NCBI RefSeq assembly: GCF_006345805.1 | Contig: NC_043011.1 | Location: forward strand, 64,120,464-64,184,463 | Reading direction: 5' to 3' | Length of the DNA: 64,000 nt | DNA from: Octopus sinensis | Taxonomy: Eukaryota | In this document: piece after piece, positions 12,725 through 25,854 of the stretch | How positions within the stretch are numbered: position 1 is the first letter of the stretch | Layout: every line of letters starts with the position of its first letter | Position numbers and translations under genes: made by a program | Notes under the pieces: generated by a model | The model's input: the letters and a program-made list of their open reading frames with translations, nothing else | Told to the model about the DNA's origin: nothing | Databases searched by the model: none

Positions 12725-13744
12725 TAGATAGATTGATAGATACATAGAAAGATAGATATATACACATGATTTAGAGAAAAACGTCTATTAAACAATCCAA
12801 TATTGAAAGATCTTATTCACACCATACAGAAAACATATACTATAGCAGCCTTATACTAAAAATCAATAAAGTACAAAAACAATAAATAGTAAATAGTAGT
12901 AAAAAGACTATGCACGTTTCGTGGTTATATTTTCGAATAGATAATAATAATAAAATCAATTCGATTTAAAATGAAATCCTTTAAGTTTTGAATTATATTC
13001 CATTAGATATATACATATATATATATATATATACATATATATATTTACTTATATATACATAGATATATATATATGCATATATATATATGTATATATATAT
13101 ATATCCTCTCAATTTCGATACCAAATGACAAAGGTAAGAAATTCTGTCTTCTCTGCAATTCTGAGCTATTTTTCATTATTTTTTCTAAAAATACTCTAGT
13201 AAACAGGGTTATAGAACGAGCTTACAGATGTAAGCATTGGCAAAAATATACATTTAGTGCATATAAGTAGCCTCTATCATTATATATAATTTAAACTTTA
13301 ATTTCCTTTATATTTAACATTCACTATTAATATCCCTACTCTTTCTGTTAGCTACTTATGACGTTATATCATATAACGTTTTTTAAACAATATTAATAGC
13401 GTTCTGTCTATCGCTATACAAATCCATAATTTTTTGCTAAAATGTCGAATTGACGAGTTTCGTTTTTTTCACTTTCCCGAAGAGAAGATTGCATTGTTTA
13501 TACCATTTATTCTTTTGAATAGTATCAGTGGAATTTTCGAAACCTGTGTCGAAAGTAAAAATATTTGTTTACACCTGCGTTAACTCCATTTTTTATTCAT
13601 ATTATTCAAATATTCAACGTAAACACGAAGTTTCCACCTTTATAAACAAGGAGTTACAACACTTTTACTTGTGAGATTTTTGCTGCCCTGGTAACTATTT
13701 ATTTATTTTTCCGTGTTAATTGTTAACAAGGTAAAATACACTCA

Positions 13745-13821
<77 letters not shown>

Positions 13822-14458
13822 TTGTGTGTGTATAGTGTGAACATATATTGCATTCTGTTCCCAGAGACCTGGAGCGTCCTTTATATATGTTTCCACAAAT
13901 GCTGCAAAAGCCCTTCAGTTCTCAATTTGTTATTTCGTTGTGGTTTGGTGAATGGTTACATATCTCTTTATACCTTGAAGTGAATTATACAACGTTCGAC
14001 AAAAATTACATCTTCTTGCATGAAATGATGACACTGTGGATTAAACGTTATTCTTATGAACGTAAATGAGATTTCAACTAGATTTTGAGAGGTAGATTCT
14101 GCCTAATAAAGTGACGAAGAGAGTAGCGGTATCGAGATCTCGCTGCTTGACACCGTTTTTGCCCACCTACACATAGATATTTGTCAGTTGCAAAGTATTC
14201 AATTTCTTGAAATGGAACATTGATTTGTGCCAGGTAAAATTTTATGTTGTCTCTATTTTGCTATGTACGCTGCTCTCTTCCCTCAGTTCACCATTATAAA
14301 AATACAAAAAGAAAAATATGAAAATAAAACTATTTTTTAAATATTAAAGATATAAATATATAAATATAAAAATATTATAAAAATATTTTTTTCAAACGTT
14401 ATAAAAATTTAAAAATTTATATATTATAAAAATATATACAAATAAAAATATAAATATA

Positions 14459-14546
14459 TTGGGCAAGAGATTTCTACTATAGCCTCGGGTCTGCCAAAGC
14501 CTTTTGAGTGGACTTGGTAGAAGGAAACGGAAAGAAGCCCGTTGTA

Positions 14547-14597
<51 letters not shown>

Positions 14598-14612
14598 ATA
14601 TATTTGTGTGCC
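14459..14612 (+). mobile_element. SINE family B, internal fragment
   Basis: gggcaag..ttctactatagcctcggg..gaaagaagcccg matches 20287-20665. Confidence 0.8.
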
Positions 14613-14614
14613 TC

Positions 14615-15279
14615 AAATTGTGTAGGTCTTTACCTCAATGAGGCCAAGACTGTCCAACAGTGATTGCATCATCCATACTCTCAACAATGCGCCCTTAAAT
14701 ACGGTTTCTGATTACAAATATCTTGGGTCATACATATCATCATCTGAAAAAGATTTTCTAACTAGAAAGGGTATGGCCTGGTCAGTCTGTAATGACCAGC
14801 ATGATATCTGGTTATCAAATCTAAGTAGAGACTTCAAACTTGAAATATTCAAAGCCACAGTCTGACCAATTCTACTATATGGCTCTAAACCTGGACGTTA
14901 TCAAAGAAGCTTGAGAGGCGGTTGGATGGAACCTACACTTGCCTCCTTATGAGAGCTCAAAATCTCTCGTGAAAGCGCCATCCAACCAAAATGTAAATAT
15001 ATGGGAAACTACCACATGTGTTATCTCTTGTGAGAGGTAGGAGAGTCCAGTTTGCTGGACATTGTTGAAGAGCTGAAAAAGAAGTAATTTCTACTCTCCT
15101 CCTCTGGAAGCTACCTACTCGCAATACCAGAGGGCGCACACTCTCCTACCCTGATGAAATCTTCAGGGATACAGGCATCCAGCAACAGGACCTCCGTAAT
15201 GCTATGATGGACCGTGAAGTCTGGCGTAGCATGGTAAATTCCATTGTCTCGACCAAGGTCGAACAATGATGATGATGAT
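14615..15279 (+). mobile_element. RTE-like LINE 3' fragment
   Basis: YKYLGSYISSSEKDFLTRKGMAW...FKATV*PILLYG (post-RT region); (GAT)n tail; same 3' end at 48863-48990. Confidence 0.8.
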
Positions 15280-15824
15280 TTGTGTGTCTAAATAAAATGT
15301 ATAAATAAAAATATAAAAATAACAATATAATCATATACAAAAAAGATATTCAAATAAAAATATAAACATATATAGATAAAAATATAATGTTATGAAAATA
15401 TGAAAATTACATAGAAATATAAATCCATAAATTCTGCAGAATACAAATGTACACCCAACCATTCTTGAGTTTTTTTGTTTCAGTATAATATCAGAGATAG
15501 CTTCGTGCAGAGCCACCTTTCCAATAACCTTATCACCTACGTTAAAACGTGTTTTGGCGGTTTTATGATTTACAGTACATGATGGGAATCCTACACTGGG
15601 ATCGCACCATCATGAAATTAAACGCTCGAATATTTAGTAACGCATGCGCACAGGCACGTACAAATAAAATCAAAGAGCTAAACAACTGCCAAATCCAAGA
15701 TTTCAATGTATAAATGGAAGCCATTTAAATGCAATAGAGGCAATCGTTGAATCACGACGGTCCTTCCTATCAAGGGACTGAGACCAGCCATAAACAAGAG
15801 AAAATATGTAAATACACTAGTGTG

Positions 15825-15838
15825 GTTTCCATAGCAAC
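15825..15838. promoter_or_regulatory. RFX X-box-like motif with adjacent E-box
   Basis: GTTTCCATAGCAAC; CACGTG at 15848-15853; CGCATGCGCA (NRF1-like) at 15641-15650. Confidence 0.35.
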
Positions 15839-16701
15839 ACCAGTCAGCACGTGACATCTTCCTCTACACATCTGAGTAACATTTCCTACTCCTCATTTAT
15901 TTTAACTCTCCTGAAAAAGAGTTACAGATCTTTGTTTCTTTTTGTAGCTTATATTTTCTCGCATTGTTCCGTCCTTATGAAACAAGTCACGAGTTCCATT
16001 GTGCAAGAATTCGCACAAAACTACACAAATGTGCGTGTATGGACGTGCATGTCCTTATGCTTGTTTGCATATATAGCTACGTACAATTATTAGATAGGTA
16101 TATAGTCCTGTCTCATTTGAACTTGGGTGAGCAACAAATAATTCGTCGCAATAATATATCCCCCTCATTATTGACAACATAATCTCGTTTGATCTGCACA
16201 TTGTTGTTCCTTTGGACGTGATATTCTTCTGCTTTTTAGACAATGTGTCAATCAAAACCGCTTTTAACCTCTTTAGAATAATAAGCTATTTTCACTCTAA
16301 ATAACACTTCAGTTATCTTCAAAAGTTGAGAGTGTGATGGAACACGGTGAAGAAAATATGGAACGTAATGAAAGGCCTCCATAGTTAGCACAATAAGCTT
16401 TGCATAGAATTGCTTGAGCAATATGTTGTCATGTACTATAGCGTAAAAGTCTTATCTTTTTTCCGTTTCACCGATGATGGTCTCTTTTTCTGAATGTCTC
16501 GTGGTATGTTTACAGTGCACGGCAATTTTCTCCACTTAGAATATTTCACTTTGATTTACCAGTTCATTATAGGCAGTGACATACGATATATGTCATCCTT
16601 CAAATAATTTACTGAACAATGTATTTTCCAAAAATGCTGCTATTTAAATTTCATAAATATATATTTAAAAGATCCGATATATTTTTCTTTTTGAATTTCA
16701 G

Positions 16702-16801
16702 GCACCGAAATGGGAATCATTTTTCCACCAATGGCAAGACGGCACTGTGATATTTCTACATTCTATTTCAAAAGTCTTCTCCCCGATAAGTTGTTTTGCG
16801 A
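16702..16801 (+). CDS. Paralog 2, exon 2 (GTEMGIIFPPMARRHCDISTFYFKSLLPDKLFC)
   Basis: tttttgaatttcag|100 nt|gtatat; phase 1->2. Confidence 0.85.
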
Positions 16802-17732
16802 GTATATATATATTTTTACTCTTCGACTATTGATTCTGCACTCAATAACTAAGTACACACTAACGAACATCTCCGTCATCCGTTCTTTCTCGGCCTTTAT
16901 ATCTGTCTCTGGGCCTACTTCTTTCAAGTTATATTCATGAATCTATATTCCTCAAGAACTATTACACTATGACGAATACCTCCCAAAACTGTTTTTAAAA
17001 TGTGCCTATATATTATGTATGAACGTATGTGTGTTTGTATGTCTGTCAATGTCTGTGTACTTATAGCTATCTATCTGTAAAGTTTGAGTTTGTGCATGTG
17101 TGTGCGTGTGTGTGAGACCTGATAACCTATCGAGCTGGTGAACAACCTAGCCATCTTGATCTTACTCTCATCAGAAAATGAGATAAATGGTATTCTTAAA
17201 ACGCAAATCTCTTCCCCAGTGAGGAATTCACTGCTCTGCATATGTTAGACATTGGAGACTTTAGAATACATGCTTTCAGGGGCATACCAGTATGGTAAAG
17301 AAAGATCTGGAAGCTTAAGGACCCCCTGAATGGTTACAGATTTAAATGCGCCCTACCCGAAAAAGATTACCGAGAAGGAGGATGGGTAACAGACATGTAA
17401 CTCAGTGGATAATTGGACGTTCCTTCGAGGCAACATACTGAGGGCCAAGACCGAGTTTGTATCTTATCATCCAAAGTCTCAATCAGTCTTAGCGTGGCAT
17501 AGTCACAGAAAAGTGTAGGTGGCATCACCATTAAAACAAAGAATCTGACTTGGAATGACTGGAAGGCTGGAATTCTCAGTACGATAGGAAATATCTGAAA
17601 ACAAAGTATACAAATTCGTGAAGTTATTCAGTGTGTGAGATGTCTGCTTAGATAGAAAAGATACTTTGAAAATATATGAAACACGCATGTGCTTAATTTT
17701 TCAGAATTTTCTTAAATATGATTATCTTTCAG

Positions 17733-17820
17733 TATATATCGAGCAAGAGCTAAATGTTTGTATGGAATACACGACTATTGTAACATATATTTCCTACATA
17801 CCTATCAGTATAAGTGTATG
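17733..17820 (+). CDS. Paralog 2, exon 3 (IYRARAKCLYGIHDYCNIYFLHTYQYKCM)
   Basis: attatctttcag|88 nt|gtaaga; phase 2->0; A.CL....DYC...KC shared with paralog 3. Confidence 0.9.
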
Positions 17821-18243
17821 GTAAGACAATATTTATATTGAACTCATTATTAGAAGTTATGCCTTGTTGATTAAATTCAATAGCAGATATTTTAAAATTT
17901 ATGTTGCTAATTCTTATGGGATTATTGAAAACGGCATGTATTTATGTCAATATAAATACCATTATTATTTCCACAATAAAGATTGTGAGGGAGAATAAAA
18001 GCATTTAAACAAATATTTGGTATTTTTGTTAAATGAGAATACCTATGCAATTATATAACTGAACAATGAAGCAATGTTGATCTTTATTTATATATACAAT
18101 GAAATAATATCAATACCTTATCCTTGCCGACCGTAAGTTCATAAATTTGACACAAGAGACAGGAATGTTTCAAAAATTCTGAATTCAAACGATATAATAC
18201 GAATGATTACTATTTAATATTGTATGTCAAACTATTTTAGTTT

Positions 18244-18282
18244 AGGTGCAGGAGTGGCTGTGTGCTAAGTAGCTTGTTTACC
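18244..18282 (+). mobile_element. SINE family B, 5' head (split by the insertion at 18283-20286)
   Basis: aggtgcaggagtggctgtgtgctaagtagcttgtttacc; the SINE resumes at 20287. Confidence 0.8.
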
Positions 18283-20286
18283 CAGAATGCAACATTAGTT
18301 GGTCTGGACTGTTACAGTGAGAAGATGTGAGTTTCGGCTCCGCGAACAGAAAATAAGAACAAAAAGAAAAATTGTCAATTATGGCTCGCTATAACGAGCA
18401 AAATATTGGGTTCTCAGCACTGCAACGGTGAATTGAGAATTTTTTTGAAAATTCTTCTTGTGAATTCTAATGGGCGTATCTCGCCCCCATAAAATAAGAA
18501 TAAGCCATTTGGATTATCGTTTTGGAGTATTATACAAAGGATTCCCGGTCTGTGCTATTTGTGAGATTTTTCTTATACATTTCCCTTCTATTATTTCATT
18601 CTTTCTAAAAAATTTTGCTTCATTCTTTTCATTATTTTAATTTCAGTTTCCTCCCTTCCTCTTTTATCTTGTTTTATTTTTATTCGGTTTAATTTTTTGG
18701 CAGACTGTCTTTGAACTACTTTTGAACTATTTTTTGACATGGCAGAGAAGGAACTTAAAAACAAAACTCTGTCTTAGAGTGGGAAATTAACCCGCCTAAG
18801 CAATGGCTAAAAGATATTGAAGAGAAGACGGTGGTACTTGGAACATATTCTAAAGTTCTTAATTCCATCACCGTCTTCCCAAAACAAGTCATAAAAAATG
18901 AACTTAAAGAACATTTGACCTCTGTAAAATATATATCCCGTGGTGTCAAACATGCAACCGTATGGTTGCTGTTTGACAACGGGGAAAAGTCTCGCGAGTT
19001 TGCGAGTCAGCCTTTAGAAGGCAAGAAAATCCTGTTTCTCCCGCCATATTGTGGAAGAAAATTAATACGAGCCTGGATATGTGGGCTCCCCCCGGGCACC
19101 GAAGCGGATTGGATTGAAGATACCATCCGACGGGGACTGGGAGATGGCGGGCCCAGGCTCTTAAATGTAAGAGTATTGCCGGCGGTCGATTGGGAAGGGT
19201 CAAAAGCGATTTTGACCCTGTGGACCCCATCGGCCGCAACAGAACTGGTTTTTCCAGATTTCTTGAAAATGGCTGGCTGCAGGTATACGGTGATACTTGA
19301 GGGACGTCCCCCAAAGTGTCACTCATGCCTGCAGCCAGGCCACATTAAAAGGAACTGCACCTTGGCCATGGTAAGGTCCTGGAACAGTCACCAGATGCCA
19401 TCTCCCCTATGGATGGTGGATGTGGTCGAGGAGGCTGCAGCCTCCTCAACTCAAAAAAGATTAAAAAGGAAGAAGGCGGGCAACAATAGTTGTCCGCCGA
19501 AGGAACCTAAGAATTCGGGAGGCGGGGGAGACTCTCTCCCGAAGCCAGGAAGAAAAGAAAAAAAGAAGAAGAACGGGTCATCTCAGCGGGGAGATGATGT
19601 GCCGTCTGCATGTCCCGAAGTTGTGCCACCCACGGTGGAAGAAACAACCCCCACCCTTAAAGATGATCAATTAATTATCTTTTTCTACAAGGGCGGGGAG
19701 GTGGAAATAATAGTAGAAGAACTTAAAGAAACAGTAGATATGCCCTTCACACGAGATCCCAAATGGCATCCGCAGATAGCCGTGGAGGTCATGAGGTTTC
19801 CCTTGTGGGAAAGGCTTAAAGGATTTGGGGAGGAGTGTCGCATATGGCCGTGTGGCCCTTACACGACTTACATGTCCTACAAGAGTGAGGCATGGGAAAT
19901 GGCGGGATACAGGAACTCAAGCGGCATTGAAGATAATGATGAATATATCGATGGATATATCGAAGAGTAGGAGGTGAAAGACCCTCGTTACAGAGTTTGA
20001 AACCTCACCTTATTGGACTATTTTGTAGTGGTTTATAACCTCAATTTTGTGTTTTAAGAAAGAAAAAAGAAAATATGTTAAGTAAGAGGTTTTAGCGCCT
20101 CCTCCTTGTAAAAGGTTCGAAACCTTATATTGATTTTTTTTTAAAAATATGTTTTCGGGAAAAATCCAATCGGTGGGTGTTGGGTTTCGTCTCTCATTTA
20201 TTCATTCTAAATCATTTTCATTCATTAATGTGTTTGTTCAGCACACAAAGCTCTTTGTACTGTCTATATGACAAATTTATGAACTA
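18283..20286 (+). mobile_element. ORF1-only non-autonomous L1/Tx1-like element (HAL1-like), 16-bp TSD
   Basis: Flanked by aagtagcttgtttacc (18267-18282) and aagtagcttctttacc (20287-20302); single gag-like ORF; no EN or RT seen. Confidence 0.75.
18739..19970 (+). CDS. Non-LTR retrotransposon ORF1-like protein (RRM-like region plus CCHC zinc knuckle)
   Basis: VILEGRPPKCHSCLQPGHIKRNC (C-X2-C-X4-H-X4-C at 19317-19358); ORF open 18759-19970; ATG at 18739 joins it if one A is added to the A5 run at 18757-18761 (about 410 aa). Confidence 0.8.
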
Positions 20287-20665
20287 AAGTAGCTTCTTTA
20301 CCAACCACATTGTTCCGGGTTCAGTCCCACTGCGTGGCACATAGAGCAAATGTCTTCTACCATAGCCTCGAGCCGACCAAAGCCTTGTGAGTGGATTTGG
20401 GAATCGGAAACTGAAAGAAGCCCGTCGTATATATGTATATATATATATGCGTGTGTGTCTTTGTGTGTTTGTGTTTGTACCCCTAGCATTGCTTGACAAC
20501 CGATGCTGGTGTGTTTATGTCCCCGTTATTTAGCGGTTCGGCAAAAGGAAACGATAGAATAAGTACTGGGCTAACAAAGGAATAAGTCCCGAGGTCGAGT
20601 TGCTCGTTTAAAGGCGGTGCTTCAGCATGGCCGCAGTCAAATGACTGAAACAAGTAAAAGAGTAA
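20287..20665 (+). mobile_element. SINE family B, body and 3' end
   Basis: B box ggttcagtccc, internal (TA/TG) tract, tail gtaaaagagta; matches 24612-25048. Confidence 0.9.
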
Positions 20666-21452
20666 CTTTGTATATTATTTCAAAGAAACGAACATTTTTT
20701 GAAGGAAGTTAGATTGTGTAAATAACGATAACATTAGGATCATAGTGAAAATCTTTTCAAACATTTTCAATGAGAAGTTTCTGATGGGATATACTTCCCC
20801 ACACGTTTCATCATAAATTATCATTAAAACATATATATTTCAGATGGTGTGAATTATATCGGACGTTAACGTGTATAAAAAACGTGGATTGAAATTTGAC
20901 AAATCTCAGGTTTGTTTTCCCAAAATTTTGAGAAAAAGTTGCACTTATGTTGAAAAGAAATTTTAATTGTCATGTGAGCCAATCTATTTCTAGCATAATT
21001 AACGATCAGGTATAGGATAAACTAATATTTAGCTTATTAAGAAGAAAAAAGATAGATAAGGAGATATTAAAACTGCAAGAAATTATTGAAAAAATACGTA
21101 TTCAAAGAATTTAGTACATCATTGTACCCTCCATTATCTAAAGATACTATTCAGAGAAATTCGGGATATGGTGAGATAGACCACATATACATTTAGCCTA
21201 ATTGTAAAATAATCATCACAAAAACTAAGGATACAACGTTGAGCTCCATGAAATATCGGCCGCTCCAAATTTGTTGATATTAACTTCCAGTATAATCGCC
21301 ATTAACACCATTTGCAAACAAATGATTACTCAATACTTGATCCAATAAAATGTTTTAGTTTGCGGAAGTTTTTACGAGGCTCATATATACCTCTGAATTA
21401 AACGTAATTCATCGCTCAATGCACCAGGTATCTGAGTGTGTGTATGCACGCA

Positions 21453-21511
<59 letters not shown>

Positions 21512-21695
21512 GCCCATCCCTCTCTGTCTCTTTCTTTTTCTCTCTCTCTCTCTATATATATATATTGAGAAAAAAGCCATCAGAATTTTGGAAATAGATA
21601 CATTATTTTTTCATTATTATTATTAGCGCTTTCGTTACTTTTTAGAATTTCTCAAATACAATTTTGTGAACAGCTTCTTCATTTTTATAAAACAG

Positions 21696-21734
21696 AACTC
21701 TGGGCAACTGAACGCACAGCACATTAGTAATAAG
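21696..21734 (+). CDS. Paralog 2, exon 4 (NSGQLNAQHISNK)
   Basis: catttttataaaacag|39 nt|gtatat; phase 0->0; equivalent to 8383-8421. Confidence 0.8.
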
Positions 21735-21947
21735 GTATATATTATCGTCATGACTAATGATTTACCATTACCGAGATTGCATATTCATGCACTTACAATT
21801 AGATAACATTCTTACTGAATTACTAATTATTGACACAGTTAAAGCTCAATAGTGCTCGAGTCATTTCCAACAATTTAGGCCATTTCATATTAACAGAATA
21901 ATTATAATCTTTATAGTAAATGTGATACAGTGTAATCTAAAAAAAAA

Positions 21948-22268
21948 GACTCCGCCGGTTACGACGACGAGGGTCCCAGCTGATACGATCAACGGAACAG
22001 CTTGCTCGTGAAATTAACGTGCAAATGGCTGAGCATTCCACAGACACGTGTACCCTTAACGTAGTTCTCGGGGATAATCAGCGTGACACAGAGAGTGACA
22101 AGGCTGACCCTTTGAAATACAAGTACAACTCATTTTTGCCAGCTGAGTGGACTGGAGCAACATGAAATAAAGTGTCTTGCTCAAGGACACAACGCGTCGC
22201 CGGGAATCGAACTCACAACCTTACGATCATGAGCCGAATGCCCTAACCACTAAGCCACGCGCCCTCAC
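21948..22268 (-). mobile_element. tRNA-derived SINE, family C, full length
   Basis: Reverse complement has A box TGGCTTAGTGG, B box GAGTTCGATTCC, core tgtgtccttgagcaagacactt and a short T-run after the 3' end. Confidence 0.9.
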
Positions 22269-22641
22269 TGTTACTGTGTTATATCTAGTATTTAAAGGAC
22301 GGTTTGCAAAATGCTGTTGTAATTGTAATGCTTCTTTTGTATAATGAAATATTGCTTGAGAAATATATCACTTGCATAGTTATAATACAGTTGCATTAAT
22401 ATAATGGTAAATGAATCACTTTGAAATTTCATGGTCAAAGAAATCAATAATACTGGTAATAGTATCAACAAATATTCCGAGAACTGGTAACTATTGCATA
22501 CTTTACCAAGCCTATTGTTTTTTGAGATTTATTTAAGCATTAATGCTGAAACATTTACACAAAATTAACTCGGTGAATTGGTATGGAAATTTCAACACTA
22601 AATGTGTGTGATTAAGGTTTCATTTTGTTCTATTTTTACAG

Positions 22642-22695
22642 GTCGGAATTAAATTGGCATTTGCTTCTGCAGTTGTTTATAAATCTATAGATTAA
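22642..22695 (+). CDS. Paralog 2, terminal exon 5 (VGIKLAFASAVVYKSID*)
   Basis: gttctatttttacag acceptor; 17 aa + TAA; A.AVV.K shared with paralog 1. Confidence 0.9.
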   Translation, partial: VGIKLAFASAVVYKSID

Positions 22696-22939
22696 ATACT
22701 GAAGTAAAGATTTCCGTCTAATAACACTGAGTACGCAATTTTGGTTTTTACTTATTTACTGACCTATATATTGCTTGTCCGAAATTGAAACTTTTACGGT
22801 GACAACCAGGTCACTGGTTACATCTCAATAAGTTACAAACAGTCACGTCAATTTCATATCAATTAGAGCCTTGACAAACAAACACATTTGATATTAATGT
22901 ATTACATACCTGCGTATTTATAAATACACACATATTATA

Positions 22940-23670
<731 letters not shown>

Positions 23671-24329
23671 AGGAAAATTTTTTTTTTTAAATGCAGAATG
23701 CTCAAATGAAAGAAAATTTTAATAAAATGAGAAATTGATAAAATATATAAAAATATATATTTATTCAACCGGTTTTCGTCATCGTATGACTTGTCAAGAA
23801 TATTTACGTTTTAAAACGTTTTTTTAAAAATTAGAAAGCGGAAAAAAAGAAAATTGCATTGTTTTTTGCAAAAGAATAATGATAAACATGTATAAAAATT
23901 AAAACATAAGTACTCCGATACATTGTGAGTTCGTTGTGTATCTTGAGTTTTATGATTGTTCACGAAAAAATTACCTTGAGGTATTAAGATCCAAAGGGAT
24001 TAAGAGCATGTGTTGTGTGGTTTAATTCAGCATGTTTGCAGGACAGGAAGTAGTATTAATTGTGGTTCTTCAGTTCCTGTGTTGTGAGTAATGGGAGACA
24101 ACTCTTTTGAGTTCTTCAATAAAACCCAAATTATAAAATTATCATTTTAGCTTCATTTGCGTTATCTTTTTTATATAATTGCTTGTTACCTTAACTTTCA
24201 GATTTCAACACTTTATTTATATTATTTTCTAATTATATAAATCTGCATAGACAATTGCATTTCAAATTGTCATATCATTTATAATAAAAATGAGAGTAAT
24301 AACAACAATAGTAAAAATGATATTTAAAA

Positions 24330-24609
24330 ATATAAGTTTTAGCTTGAAGTGATGAATACATGGTATCTTTATATATTTGTGTTAGTCCATCCATGAAGAG
24401 TGAGGTAGAGAAAGGAAGTTTGATCAACGAGGAGTTTGGATATTAAGTTGTGTTTGGAATTTTTCAATAAAGAAATTCTCCTTGTTAATTCTCTTCTGTG
24501 TGGTGATCCCGTCTTTACATTGGTAGAAGGGGAATATATAGAATTTGGGGTTTAAGTCTTTAGCACATGAGTCTAAGTGCTAAAGACTTAAACCCCAAAT
24601 TCTATATAT
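24330..24609 (-). mobile_element. Penelope-like element 3' fragment (GIY-YIG C-terminus) with an inverted terminal segment
   Basis: Minus strand reads LNPKFYIFPFYQCKDGITTQKRINKENFFIEKFQTQLN; 33-bp perfect inverted repeat at 24534-24609. Confidence 0.65.
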
Positions 24610-24611
24610 GT

Positions 24612-24741
24612 GCTAACCAACCACATGGTTCCGGGTTCAGTCCCACTGCGTGGCATCTTTGGCAAATGTCTTCTGCTATAACCCCGGGGCGACCAATGCC
24701 TTGTGAGTCGATTTGGTAAACGGAAACTGAATGAAGCCTGT

Positions 24742-24835
<94 letters not shown>

Positions 24836-25048
24836 TGTGTGTTTGTATGTCTCTATTTTTCCCCCTAGCACTGCTTGACACGATGCTGGTGTGTTTGCGT
24901 CCCCGTCACTTAGCGGTTCGGCAAAAGAGACCGATAGAATAAGTACTGGGCTTACAAAGAATAAGTCTCGGGGTCGATTTGCTCGACTAAAGGCGGTGCT
25001 CCAGCATGGCCGCAGTCAAATGACTGAAACAAGTAAAAGAGTAAAAGA
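24612..25048 (+). mobile_element. SINE family B, 5'-truncated
   Basis: Matches 20297-20665. Confidence 0.9.
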
Positions 25049-25051
25049 GAG

Positions 25052-25290
25052 ATTATATAAATATATATAGTTAATCCAAACAAGAAAGCACAAAAAAAAC
25101 AACAGCGCGAGGACGTGGAACAAATATAGTATTATTGGACCCTCAGGAAAGAAGTTAAGAAGGAGCGTTAAACGTTTCGAGCAGAGCTCTTCGTCGGAAA
25201 CATAGGAGAATGGAAGATCCAGAGAGAGGAAGACAGAGGGAAAAAATCGCCAACGGTACACGAGGTCACATTTTGAAAGACCGGAAGGAA
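25052..25290 (-). mobile_element. Penelope-like pLTR, family B (hammerhead core mutated to CCGACGA)
   Basis: Reverse complement aligns with 39566-39782. Confidence 0.7.
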
Positions 25291-25854
25291 TATATATATA
25301 TATACAAAGATGAGGTAGAAGTTCGTGCGCCGCGTTAAAATAAAGAACAGAATGAACACACAACACAAGAATATATAAAAGTATCATTTTGATACGGCGT
25401 TCCATCTTTTTCCTGAAAGTATGTGCTTGTGGAGAATGTCCCGGGGCAAGTCTTATATAAGTTCCTCTCAGAAACAAGACCTATTATCATTCCTAGCTGG
25501 ACTCTCAAGGGAGACCTCATGACACTGCGGTTATTCTCCAGCAGTTTTTCGTATAACAACCAATATATTTAGGGTTTTATGTAAAGTATTAACGTGTTTT
25601 ATATTATTTACAGCATTTCGAGAAGGACATTTTGATATAAATTATTTGGTCATCTTCAGGTGTTGGACTTTCACGATGTTTTTACACAACAAGAAAACGA
25701 ATGAGGTTATTATATAACAACTTGCTGAGTATTAGACTGAGAGTGTATATGACGTTTAAAAGGTGAAGCATATTGGCCTCTTCTACACTCAAGATTCTTT
25801 GTACATATGCGAAAGAATATATTTAATTCATATACATAAACACACAAATATATA

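Noticed and set aside
13864-14061. ORF with AG/GT borders (DLERPLYMFPQ...RYSYE)
   Set aside because: No counterpart in the other paralogs, phase 2->1 does not fit intron 1, and no recognisable motif.
21948-22268. tRNA gene
   Set aside because: A and B boxes are present, but they continue into a SINE body and tail with no acceptor stem.
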